DNA of 64,000 nucleotides, taken from positions 186,001-250,000 of the forward strand of contig CM074812.1 of NCBI GenBank assembly GCA_037447605.1, read 5' to 3'. The notes beneath the pieces are model-generated. The model saw only the letters and a program-made list of their open reading frames with translations. It was not told where the DNA came from and searched no databases. Numbering within the stretch: the first letter of the stretch is position 1; each line of letters opens with the position of its first letter. The stretch comes from Zygnema circumcarinatum SAG 698-1b (lineage: Eukaryota > Plantae > Zygnematophyceae). The translations under genes and the position numbers were made by a program. Shown here piece after piece: positions 1-12,300 of the stretch.

Positions 1-355
1 ATAGGAGAACGGAATGAAAAGGTGACGCTCTAATTCAAATTCAGGATGTCTTACTCTGTGTAGTGTCTCTGGTTGCAAGCCTGCCTGCCTTCTTCCTTCC
101 CTTCCTACCCTCCCTCCCTCCTTCCCTCCCTCAATTACACGCTTCAGATCATTTTGTAACTTGCCAGTAGTAGCCGCAAGAAAAAATTCATATCTCCGGC
201 AAAAGTGTCCACAATTAATGCATTTGGCGCATATTCAAATAAGCCTTGGTAAATATTCGGTATGTGTGGGAAACTGCCAGGCAGAAGAGCTGGAGGCCGA
301 CCTGGCGGACGTGAAGGCGCTGTATAGGGAGCAGATGAACTTTATGGTGAACGAG
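1..355 (+). CDS. 3' exons (partial gene) of a golgin candidate 5 / TMF1-like coiled-coil protein (TMF_TATA_bd-like C-terminus)
   Basis: Exon 1-21 (IGERNEK, GT donor at 22) and exon 281-355 (AEELEADLADVKALYREQMNFMVNE, AG/GT flanked, phase 0) join in frame. The joined sequence resembles the GER-x-EELRAD-x-x-DLKEMYREQ C-terminal motif of plant GC5/TMF golgins. The final exon is not resolved (candidate acceptors near 513 and 623). Confidence 0.65.
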
Positions 356-1134
356 GTGAGGAACTTGACCGCCTCCTCTCTCTTGTTCCTTTTCCTCTCC
401 CCCTCCAATTCCCTTTGCCCATTGTCTCCCAACCCCTCTCCCTCGTTCTCTCCCTTCTTCCACTTCCCTCCTTCCCACCCTCCACTGTTCTCCCGCTCCC
501 TATTCCTCTTCCAGCAGCTATCCGTACCCAGCTATGTGCAGTGCAGAAGGAAGAGTAGCTGCAGCAACTCTTTGAATTCGCGTCCTTATAAAACAGTTCA
601 TCGTTGGTGGTGTTCGGCCACAGATTGATCCGGAGAAGTGGCCCAACGGCTACAGGATCTGCCTCTTCTGCTCGCACTGCTCCCAAGTGCAGAGAAGTAG
701 AAAGCGAGGGAACTCCTGAAGCCGTAGGCCACTCACCTTGTTGCTTTTGGTCTCACCGCATTGGTGCCACCTGCGTTTTTCTTTATTGTGTGATACAACA
801 ATGTATTGTATGCAAGAACAAAAAAGTTTTCTTCGTCATTGGTTCGAGCGTGGCCGTGTGGTCGGTCAGATTTGTGTCCACTCATTCGTGTTCGTGATAC
901 TTGTTGGAGTAACCAATGGTGTTGTTGAATTGTTCTTCTCCTTTACCTCTGGTCCTTCATTTTGTGTGGTTCTTGCTGTAGTCGCTCACGCTCGGTGTTG
1001 CTCACATTGTGGTTCACACGCCATTGTTCGCCGCGTACCCAACACATGGGCCGTGGCGTGCCCTTTTCTGCATGACGTTTGACTGAAGTTCACAAGACTT
1101 GAGAACGGCCGCCCCCTCTGCAGAAAATAAAAAA

Positions 1135-1260
1135 CAAATAAACAAGCCAAACAGCCGACCAACCGACCAACCGACCACTTAACGAACGAACCAAGTACAG
1201 TAACCAATTAACCTACAACCGACAAACCGACCAACTAACCAGCAACCGACAACCAACCAA
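1135..1260. repeat. degenerate (AACC/ACCG)n microsatellite
   Basis: Run of aacc/gacc units such as 'ccgaccaaccgaccaaccgacc'. Confidence 0.8.
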
Positions 1261-1890
1261 AGCCCAGCGTCCCCGCGTCACGTTCGTTGGCATCCTCGCA
1301 CGGCCGTAGGGTCTAACCGTACGACAGCACTGCGGCTGGGCGGCAGTTTGTCGTTTGGTAAAAATCCTTGCCTAGTGCTGACGCCACCATGATTCTCCAG
1401 TCTGCCAGAAACGTCATACAGGCTGCCCACGTAGGAATGGTCCGCAGGCTGCCACGTGGAGGGTCTGAATACGACGGTGGATATCACTTCATCGCACTCG
1501 GTCAGCGAATGGGTCGCCTCGGGGCGGGTCTCTCACGTGGGTATGGGAGCCAATCAGAACGAGAAATCTTCACCTGGCGAGGACGCTGGCCAGTAAGAGC
1601 GCGTTGTTTCATTCCGCACCGACATTTGGACTGTCGCAGCAGCAAGGCTTTCTACTGTGTCGGCGAGTTCGACGTTATGCCCAGACCCCATCACGTTTGT
1701 GAGGGGGGGGGGGAGAGGGAGAGAGAGGGAGAGAGGACAGAGGGAGTGCGAGGGAGGGAGAGAGAGAGAGGGGGACCTGGAGGACAGAGGGGGGGCGAGG
1801 GAGAGAGGGAGGGAGGGGGAGAGAGAGAGGGAGAGGGAGAGGGAGGGAGGGAGGGAGAGAGGGACAAGAGAGCAGGTTCTGTAGGCAGCC

Positions 1891-4800
1891 ATGGCTCCCC
1901 CCTCCTCCTCTTTGTTGGTCTCCCTCGCTGTGGCCTGCGCGCTCCTCATCGCGTTCACTTCGTGCAGCACAGGAGGGGGGCAGCACGCGCTCCGCTTTCT
2001 TGGCGCGGCGCGGGGAGGGGGAGGGGGCGGGGGAGGGGGGAAGGCGGAGACATTGGACGGGCTCTGGAGCACAAAGGAGGCGGCGCTTCTGGTCCGTACA
2101 GGACGCGGTCAATGGAATAATTTCTCATTATGAATGAACGCTGTCTTTTTCAAGAAGTTGATGGCTTGCAATGTATAATGACTCCCCTGCAAGGTCAGCA
2201 TCGCGTGGTTTCAGCTTTGAAGTTCTGAGCACGAGCATCGTATCCGCTTCCTTTCTCCTGCAGGTTGTGTCGGTCAGCTGGATTGCTTATGAAAAATTTA
2301 TGAGTTCTTTTCTTTGGCAGAACTGATGTGATTCTTCTATTACCTCGTCTTCCAGTCCCTCCATGGCGTTTGCACTGTCCTGTGATGATAACATCTTGTC
2401 AGCGCCCCCCCCCCTCTCTCTCTCACACACATACACATTTTTTTCCGATCTCTCCCATCTCCCTTAATTACTTCTCGCCTCCTTTCCCCTCGCCTCTCAC
2501 TGTCATATCGGTTTGATTCGCCATCTCATCTCCCTCCCCCGCCCTATCATCCCCCCTCTGCCTGCCCCCCTCCCCCCCTCCCTCTCGTCCTCGCAGAAGG
2601 AGAAGGAGGAGCGAGCGCTTCATGGCGGCGCGAGCAAGCATCCGCTCGATCCTCTTTCAGTCGTTGAGATGACAACTGCGAGAGAGATTCTCATTGAAGC
2701 AGGCCTCCTCATAGATGGACAATCGCAAGTCCATGGAGGTCAGCATTGCAGCACTTCTCTGCTTCTCATTCTCCCCCACTCTTCTTTTCCGACAAGCTAT
2801 CTTGATCCTGACAGTGTTAATTCTGAGATTGCCTTTTGCACTTTCAGTCACAGTCCATGATGATAATTCACCTTCAGCCGGTTCCTTCCTGCACTGCAGC
2901 ACTCGCTGGACGTTTCACTGCATGCAAATTATGTCGGAATTGGACATAATTATGAGCATCCGCACCAAAATTGTGCCAGTTCATCGTCACTTGTTGGTGC
3001 AGTTGAGCTGCACGAGCCTCCCAAAGCGGTAGTCTTGGAATGGGAGAAAGGAAACGCCTTCCCTGCGCGCGAGGCGTTTGTAATCATTTGGAGGGAAAAA
3101 AAGATCAATCAAATCGCTGTGGACATCACCAACAAGAAGGTGCTCAAGGAGGAGGTCTACACAGGAACGGGGATGCCAATCCTCACAAACGCAGATTTCG
3201 AGGTCATTTTTTTTCCTGATTAATCTCAGCCTTGCTTCGTCAGTGCATCTTATATCATATCTGGTTTACATTGCGTTGAAATCTTCATGCGTATCCTCTT
3301 GTCTAATTTCTCATTTACTCGTGCAGATCGCGACTGCTGTCCCGACAAACTATCTCCCATTCGTAGAGGCTGTCAAGAAGCGCAACATTCCTATCGAAGA
3401 TGTGATATGCGTGCCCCTCTCAGGCGGGTGGTTCAACAGATCGGAGGAGGCGGGGCTGCGCATTGTGCGCGCCACCTGCTACAGTAAGAAGCATCTCAAC
3501 TACCACATGCTGCCCGTGGAGGGCATCACTCTCTACGTCGACCTTGACGCGAAGGTGAAAAATTCTGTTCAAATTCTGTCTAATTCTGTTTATTTTTATT
3601 TATTTTTGCCTTTTGTTATTCAATCGACCCGCCCTATGTTGGGTTTTCTTCCCTAAACCAAACCCAGTATCTCCTATGAGTCGATTTCTTCAATCAGACA
3701 TTCAAGATGGCTCCCTTTTGAGGCTCTGTTTCTTCCAAACCCTAAAAATAACTTGAACACAAAAATACTTTGATTTCATTGTATTATATTATGTCATATT
3801 CTATGTGCAGGAAGTGTACCATTTCCTCGACCAGGGGCCCCTCCCCGGCGGGTCCCCCTCCTCCACGGAGTACACCCTGGCGGCCATGGCCGGCCCTCTG
3901 GACGCGCCCTTCAGGCCGATATCGATCGAGCAGCCGGGGGGGGTCAATTTCGATATCAAGGGGTATATCGTATCGTGGGCCAAGTGGAAATTTCACGCCC
4001 GCCCGGACCCGCGGGCAGGCCTCATAATTTCGCGGGTCACTTTCAACGACACGGTCACCGACACCGTGCGAGATGTGATGTACCAGGTCGGTCTCAACAT
4101 CACTGTACTTTTTGGGAACATCACTGTACGGTTATTTGACACCATTGTACGGCTTAAGAACATCACTGAACGATTTAGTGCTCATAAGATGTCGTCTGCG
4201 ATACTTTTTCGAGTTTTTCAATTAAGGCAAAAACTCAATTCAACCTTTAATTGAGAAATTAAGTAAACTCATTTCTCAATTTCTCAACCTGTTCGGTTTT
4301 TTATGAATATCTTATATCAAAAAGTACTCCACAAAATGAAAGCCCACTTTCCTAACAATACCAAATCTGGTTTCACTTTCCGTGCACCGTCTAAAAAGCC
4401 CCATTATTTCTTTCTCCCCTTTTCACTCCCCTGAGTCCCCTCCCACTCCAAAAAATTCCGTCTTTCTTTTGTTTTTCTCCCTTCTTTCTGAGCCGTCGAT
4501 CCTGCCACGTGCCGCCATCCAGGGTCACCTCTCGGAGATGTTCGTGCCGTACCAGGACCCCTCCCCGAACTGGTTCTTCCGCACGTACATGGACGTGGGC
4601 GAGTACGGCTTCGGGCTGCTCTCCATGGGTCTAATTCCGTTGAACGACTGCCCGCGGAACGCGCGCTACATGGACGCCGTTCTGGCGGACCCCGAGGGGC
4701 GGCCGTACGTCCTCCCCAACATGATGTGCGTGTTCGAGAAGTACGCGGGGGACGCCGTTTGGCGGCACACGGATCCCTTCCTCCAGGTGGGGGCGAGGGC

Positions 4801-7664
4801 CGCGCTCGAGAGAACAGTAACAAGGGGCCATTCTATAAGTGTTAGCAAAGGACTTAAGCGCACAGGCAAAGGCAAAGCAAAGGCAAAGGCAAAAGCAAAG
4901 GCAAAGCAGCATATCTTAAAGTTTAAAAGCCTTAAAGTTTAAATTTTTAAAAGCCATAAAGTTTAAAGTTTTAAAGTATTCAAGTTTAAAGTTCTAAAGC
5001 CTGAAAAGTTTAAATTTTTAAAAGCCTTAAAGTTCAAAGTTTTAAAGTATTCAAGTATTCAAGTTTAATGTTTTAAAGGCTTCAAGTTTAAAGTTTTTTT
5101 AAAGGCTTCAAGTTTTTAGATTCTTAAAGTTTAAAACTTGACAGTAAAATGAGCAACAGGAACAGCATCAGTGATCATTACCTTTTGGCACTCAGGAACA
5201 TGATCATGAAATGGACATTACTGTCAGCGACATATTCAACCAAATCACGAGATTGTAGAATGTAAACAATGAACGCGAGAGAATGAAAGTGGGACGTAGC
5301 GAGTGAGGGAGCAAAAGAAGAGGGAAGAGGGGCGGGGGGGGAAGGCGAGGCTATGAACTTCCTTCGCCTGTTTTTTTTAAAGAAACGCAACGTTTTCGGC
5401 TCCACAGGAAGGTCGAGAGGTCCGTCCAAAGGTGACCCTGGTGGTGCGGCAGGCGGCCACTGTGGGGAACTATGACTACACTGTTGACTGGGAGTTTCAG
5501 ACAGACGGACTCATCAAAGTGTCGGTGAGTGCTGCATGGGACGCCGTAAACTGCAGGGGGTTACAGGGGAGTCTAGTTACAGGGGTTCTTGGCAGCCACA
5601 TCCAGAACATTGCTTCCAATAGCTCAGTCCCTCAGTGACGCATGTGATTACAAAAAATATATCTGTTTCGGTTTCCTCCCTTTCCTCGCTGAATTAAAAT
5701 TTGGGGGCAAGGTCGGTAGGTCGTTGATGATTCTGCTCTATGTTTTACGGTGCTGAACTTTGTTTGACGTGCCTCAAGGTTTTGATCAGCGTATTGTGTA
5801 TGTCAATGGATGCAGGTCATCATGTCGGGAATGGTGACTGTAAAAAATATTAAAGCGCCGACTATGGATGATTTGGAGATTGGGGAGAGCCTTCATGGCA
5901 CCATGGTTAATGACCACACTGTTGCAGGTGTGTTTCTCCCTCTCCTTCTCCATCTCCTCTCCCTCTCTTTCCCACTCTCGCCGTTTGCTGAGCCGCATAG
6001 CTAAATTGGACCCCAATTTTCCTACTCTCAATTCTGACTATGCATTCAGTTAGCTTGCATTGGCAAAACAAGCCTTAATTTCTGTATAACTCAGAATGTG
6101 CAATATATGTATTTGCAAGAGTGTAATAGTGGCATGCACCGTGCAGTCATACACGACCACTTCATCAACTTCCGCCTTGACATGGACGTGGACGGACCAC
6201 ATAACTCGTTTGAGAAGGCAAAGCTGGTCACAGTCGATGTTCCCGAAGGCACTTCGTGGCGAAAGAGCGTTTGGGATGTAAGGACAGCCTGTGAACCCTC
6301 ACTTCAAACGAAAGAGTAGTCATCAAACGCGAACTTTTTGATCCTCTCGACACTGCTTATGTGAAAGGTGGATAGTGGGATTCATCAGAAATGTGCCACC
6401 AAGTAATTTCTCTGATTGAGCGGTGTTAAATTACAATTGAAATTTGCACTTGCAGGTGGAGAAGTCGGTGCCACAGACGGAGCTGGAAGGACAGTACAAC
6501 GTCTCCTCCCTCTCCCCTGCAGAGTACTTCATTGTCAACAAGGGCTCAAAAACCCGCCTTGGAAACCACCGCAGCTACAAACTTGTTCCACGAACGAGTG
6601 GCGTTCCCCTGCTTCGTGGAGATGACTATCCACAAATTCGGGCAGCTTGGTGCAAGAATTCTGTAAGTCTACCACATCATACCTGTCATTCTGCACAAGT
6701 GTGTTGCATCAAGTTTTCCTTCCTTCCTTTTTCCAATTTGCATCCTTTTTTACCAATTCGAGTAGGGAGAAAGCGAGGGAATAGAGATGGGAGCGGCAGA
6801 AGAGAGAGCTAGGGGGATAGCTGCACTGAGGTAGAGAGTGAGAGGGATAGGGAGGGATGTGAGGGGAGAAAGTGGGTGAGGTAGTGAGACCATCTGGTAG
6901 CCTTTAGTTTCACGTCTTTCTCCAGAACAATAGCATTTTCTGTCCTGAGAATATCTTGTAGTAGGTTTTACAGCGTGGCATAAAAAACTGGTTTCATCAA
7001 GAAGAACTTTCTTCTCTTGCAACTTATTTTTAAGGGGATGGTACAGATATGGGTGACCCCTTATGACCCGGAGGAGAGGTGGGCTGGAGGAATGTACCCA
7101 AATCAGCAGCATGGCGAAGACACTTTGGCCACTTGGACTCTCAAGTAAGCCAAAATTTTGTGCTTTCCACAGCCAAACCTTGTGCTTCGAACTTCCAGTG
7201 CCCATAGAATAGGCTTCATTGGAGCACCCTCCTGGTCTCCCTTCCTCACATGCATTTCTTTTTCACCCTCCCCAGCCGTTTCTCCTAATCCTTTCCTCCC
7301 GTCGCCTCTCAATTCTCCCTAATTATGCATCAGAATAATATGGCTCATGCAAGAGTAGCTGTCTACCTTCATGCTTCATCTATGGCAATTCTGAACACAC
7401 TATTGGCTAACTGTCCTGCACCTAACCCTAACTTTGTGTTGAATATTCAGAGAGCGGCCTATCGTGGACACGGATATCGTGGTGTGGTATTCGGTGGTGT
7501 ACCATCACGTGCCTGTGCAGGAGGACTTCCCAGTCATGCCCTCAACAGTGGGAGGGTTTGACATCAAGCCTGCTAACTTCTTCGAGCTGAATCCCGCCAT
7601 CAGGGCGCATCCGTTTGTGTCGGAAAACATGCCGTCGTGTGGCAATTCGGGCGTCGCCGCGTGA
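1891..7664 (+). CDS. CuAO: secreted copper amine oxidase (primary/diamine oxidase, TPQ-dependent), multi-exon
   Basis: Signal peptide [22 protein letters not shown], then HPLDPLS (exon from ~2598), [20 protein letters not shown]...[10 protein letters not shown] (4523-4786), the TPQ motif TVGNYDY (~5460), Cu ligands HDH (exon from ~6139) and [14 protein letters not shown], and a stop at 7662-7664. Exons are GT-AG bounded and in phase. The first-exon boundary (donor ~2092) is less certain. Confidence 0.95.
4097..4171. repeat. 21-bp-period tandem repeat (AACATCACTGTAC core) in a CuAO intron
   Basis: GTAC at 4105, 4126 and 4147 and GAAC at 4168, each 21 bp apart. Confidence 0.75.
4864..5140. repeat. 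intronic (GGCAAA)n followed by an AT-rich TTTAAAG/AAGTTT minisatellite
   Basis: Lies between the donor at 4787 and the next CuAO exon (~5408). Recurring blocks such as 'aaagtttaaatttttaaaagcc' and 'ttttaaagtattcaagt'. Confidence 0.8.
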
Positions 7665-9298
7665 ACATGGAACTCATAGGATAGTGACTTTCTAGAAGGC
7701 CACTCCTTCGCTCCCCCACATGCTCTGAGGGAAAGCGTGGCTCCTCTCCAGATAGGAATTAACGTACGTTTCCGTTCATACGTCTTTGTATAGTTCCAAG
7801 TGTCAGTTTGTTGTGGGTTCATTTGTATTATTGCCTCTTTCTAAGTGGTAGATCTGTGGCAAGGATGTATATTCGTTGAATACCTCCTAGTTTAAGTAAA
7901 AGTTTAGCAAGCAGGTAGATGCATTGTTCTAGGGACAGTGCTCAAAAGCACGCAAACAACTGGTTCCATATAGTGCAGAGAGTATGTAATGCCAGTTGAA
8001 GTGAGAAGAACAGACAGAGTTCGAAGTAGTCAGAAGTCCGCCAGATCAAAATGCAGTAAAAAATCTTGTTCTTTCTGGATCCGACCCCGCTACGTATTAC
8101 TCTCCGAGAATGGGATTATGACTGACTATATGAGTTGCGAGAGCCAATTGTGGTATGCTCTCTAGTATTATTCATGACTGGAAGAAGCACATTCAACTAA
8201 AGAGAACGAGAGACAGAAGGAATAATTCACCATCCATCATAACCGCCAAACTGCATTGGTCGCATCCTCCAATTAAATCACGAGAGTCCAATATCAGTCA
8301 ATGAAGATCCGGAAATTGACCAGGTCTCAAACCCACAATAAAGAAACAATAGCGGGGTCTACAGTCTTTACTAAAACTCGTCAGTCGTGAAGGTCCTGCA
8401 GCCAAGAAAAACGCATTATTTCAGTTACAGCCAGATTCCCCATCTTAAATAGGCCCTCTAATAACCACAGCCAAACAAAACCGCAATTTTTTATGCATGC
8501 ACGATGCTCAGTCATATCTCTCACGCCTGACTTCTCCCCCGCCAAATTCTTACGACCACTGCCTAAAAACTAAAAAATCCGCAATGTCTAATGCATGCCC
8601 GATGTTCCACTCATATTCATGCCTAACTACAGCCTCTCCCACGCATATCCCCCCTTTCTGTCACTCTCCCTCACCCTCTCCCCTAAGCCCAATAGGTCCT
8701 ATCGACATGTGGATAACGATTCTTGACAGAGAACTTGAATATTTATAGACAAAAGTAGCAAAACAAATGGTGTCAAATTCACATGTAGATTCCATTGCCG
8801 TTAAGTTTATTGCAGACCGGTACAGTGAGAGGAATAAGCTGGTGCTGAGGAAACTAAGGCAGTCGAGGGAGAGCAGCTGTGCTATTGCAAAGCCAGAAAT
8901 GGAAGCAGCCGTTCTCTAACTCTCTCTCCTCCCCCCCTCTCGCCCCGCCTGTTCCTCAGTCAATCAGCCTGCAGTAATTGCAAGAGCTAAATTGCGAGAG
9001 TTAATCTGTAAGAGCTAAAACCACAGTCAGAGAAAGATGCATTGCAACTGCGTGACCCTTTAATGCGGCGCTGTCCCTAACCCCGTAACTTTAAAAACTC
9101 AAAATTCTGAACCTTAAACACTAAACCTTAAGAGCGTTCCAGAAAAGGAGACGAGTCATTGCGAAGGGCAGCAGGAATTGCAAAATGAGCAATCTGCCAA
9201 ACTTATGAATGCTTGTATGGGAGGCTGGGAGCAGATCTATGCATGCATGCATTTATGTACGCTATCACTGCTGCATGTACCATCCCTTGCCATTCGAA

Positions 9299-9376
9299 AC
9301 CGACCAATCGACCGACCGACCGACCGACCGACCGACCGACTGACCGACCGACCGACCGACCGACTGACCGACCGAC
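9299..9376. repeat. (CCGA)n / (CTGA) microsatellite just 3' of the kinesin stop
   Basis: Sequence 'accgaccgaccgactgaccgaccg...'. Confidence 0.85.
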
Positions 9377-9381
9377 GGCCC

Positions 9382-12300
9382 TTAACCTCCGTGTCTGATG
9401 TTCTCTTTGTCTGCAGAGGGTCCCTGGGAGGGAGCGCCTCGAGACTTCCCTGACATCCCCCTTTCCCTATTGGTGGGACCTTCCGAGACCCTTGTAGAGG
9501 AATTCAGAGGAGCATGGCTGGCACTAAATCTTCTTCGTGGCACGTGTGAAGGTGTGGCCCTCACTTCTGTATTAGCAGTCGCAGTGGGCTTTCTATCAGC
9601 GACAGCCATGGCTCCTTCAAGGGGAGGTGGTAGACCAGTTGAAAAGCGTCCACCCTCATGAGCAGGGCCCGATGCCGTGGCTGCAATTTTAGGTGTAGGG
9701 ATTGATAGGGGCACCGGGGCCTCTGCATTATGAGTGGTGGGTAGAGCAGACGCAGAAGATGTGCGTCGAGTCCGAGCAGACTTTTTGGATGTTCCAGATG
9801 TAAATGAATCCTGGGCAAGTCCACATATTGTCTCTCAGACTTGATTGCATGGGGGTGGGAAGTAATGAACGGACTGGAATAGAAGATAAATTTGAAACGG
9901 ACGCTCTGAACCTACTACGAGCATACTACAAGGAAGGAAAACTTCTACACACCAGCATTGTGAATAAGTTGGAAGTTGGACATCGGAGTTTATTGGGGGA
10001 GTGGAGCATACCTTGTTTTGAATATCATTCAGTGGCCGTCGAGAAAGCTTTGCAACACTGTTCTCCTCCCCATTTGCAGAGTTTCCTTCATCAATTTGAA
10101 GACCCTCAATGCGTGGCAGTCCAAGGCCATTTTTCAAAGCAAGTTCCATGTGCGCCCCATGAATAGCAAACGCCTTCGAGGCGATCTGCTTCCTTTCTTC
10201 CTCTGAGAGCATTGCCATGTGTGGCATTTCGCTCCCCGAGGCTATTCCGCCCACCCCTATCAGCAGAGCAGCTTGTTCCAACTCCATGGTAGCCGCTGTT
10301 GCTGCAGCAGACGGGTCCACATCGGGGGATTCCCGATTCACACAGGACTTGGCCTTGCATAGACAATGAGTTCCGCAATAGGCGGACTCGTCTTTGCAAC
10401 GACAGCTGCGGCTGCATTTACCTTTGCAAGAACAACTCAGCTGCCCACTATCTATGTTCGCTTTCTCTCCGGCCTGCTTGCCCGAACTTATCCTTGACAG
10501 CCTGCTGTTCCTTCTTGGTCGCACCCAATTATCTCTCTGTTTACGGGGGTAGTCATCCTCTTGTCCAGGGGTGTAGTCAGGATCCTCTTGGCATGTATCA
10601 TGGTCCTCATCCATTTTCACGAAGGAGACTTTCTCAAATACATCTGAGGCGTTTGAAGCTTCCTGTAGATTAAAGACAATTCAATTCCCGCTTAACAGCA
10701 CATCCTAACGACCAAACGGAACAGCACTACATACTAAGCATACATTTTAGGGCAGTTATCAATGCCCTCATTCACATCATATGCCGATTACAAAGCATCG
10801 AAAAATTAACGGAGCTGAACATGGGATCATACCTCGTTTTGCAATGCATCTGATGGACGTGGAGGGAGAGGGAGCGGGCATGGAATGCTGACGTCAGTCA
10901 GTGCCCGCGGAGAGGCAACAGCAGTGTCCATTGACCATTGAAGAGGAGTTTGGCCTCGTTTCACAATGCTGGCAATAGGTGTGCTCCAATCAGCCGATGT
11001 TGCTTCTTTCAGCCGCAAACGTGACAGTTTGATCTGTAACAACTGGTTCTGCTCCATCAAATCGTTTATTTGCTGCTGCCGGCAGTTTGACTCGATCCTG
11101 ATTTAGCCAAACCAGACCTTCCACTGTTAGCGAACTCAGTAACCAGAAGGGCCAAGCTCAGACACCTGAGTGATAAGCATTAGACGAGAGGGGTGGGCAT
11201 GCAGACAACTCTTCATCCTCAGACCCATAGGCACAATAGACTGCATACCTTGCAGCAGCGGCTGCTGAAAAAACAAGCTGCAGAAGATTTCGGGCCTCCT
11301 TGAGACCTCGAATTGACTTGAAGCCCTGGTAACTTTCCATAGTATGCTCTCTTTCTTCAGCTTCCGCCAGCTGGCTATGCAGCGTTTGGATGTTGTGGGT
11401 GCACTCTGTCATTGCAGCCTTCAAGGAGGTTTCTTTGGCCTTCAAACCAGAAGGGGACATAAAGGCAGTCCTGTAAAAAGGCAGACGACAACATCACAAA
11501 AGCATGCTGAGCTGCATGTTTGTTCCATAGTATAAAAAAGGAACGAAAAGCAGATTGATGGAGGAGGATGAACGGATTGAGACACAGCTTACTCGTTGTG
11601 AACCGGATCAAAATTTTCTCGTAATATTTTGTTCTCAATGCAAAAGGGGTTCATCAGGAAGAAGTAACGTATGCAAACCTTGGTGATGAGATGTTTGGGC
11701 TTCCAGCCTCGTGTTGGAGTGCGTCTTTCTCCTTCCCCAATGCAGCTCGCCTTAACATCACACAAGCACGAGCTCATTTCAGAAGCAAGAGATTTAGGCG
11801 CGGTTCAGGCCAGAGTTTGGCAAAGCTATAGATATGAAGGCATGAAGTGTATATTTGAAACCAAAACGAGACTGCACTTAACAGTAAGCTCGAAACTTGT
11901 GAATTGAAATTAAAAATGGTCAAGTTTTGTGTTTCCCAAGAGATGCTGGATGAAGAATCGTCTTAAGATTTGATGTTGGCATTTAACGTAGGTGATCGAC
12001 TATGTTTCCCTGCTTTAACTTGGACACTGGAAAACTTAATTCTTGACAAACAGCTGAAACTAGCTTTGTCTGAAGAACCCACGACAATAATCGATGGGAC
12101 ACGTTCTTGAAAGGCAAGATTTCATTCAGAACATGTGGAGCAGACTTGCATGCTTGCAGTATTGCCCAGCAAACATGCTTGCACTGTTTTTGAAACAGAA
12201 AGGGCAGTTGATGAGAGGGATATCTATGCGATTCACCTGTCTGTTTCGTGCTGAATTGCTCGGCGCGCTTCACGTATTCCAACCACGAGTGCCAGCTCCT

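Noticed and set aside
4857-4910. [13 protein letters not shown] basic peptide in the 186-aa ORF
   Set aside because: It lies after the GT donor at 4787 and is an intronic (GGCAAA)n repeat.
9835-10010. C-terminus of the 261-aa minus-strand ORF as the kinesin end
   Set aside because: A GT donor follows PLNDIQNK, and an in-phase exon at 9810-9382 supplies the KEN-box ending typical of kinesin-4.
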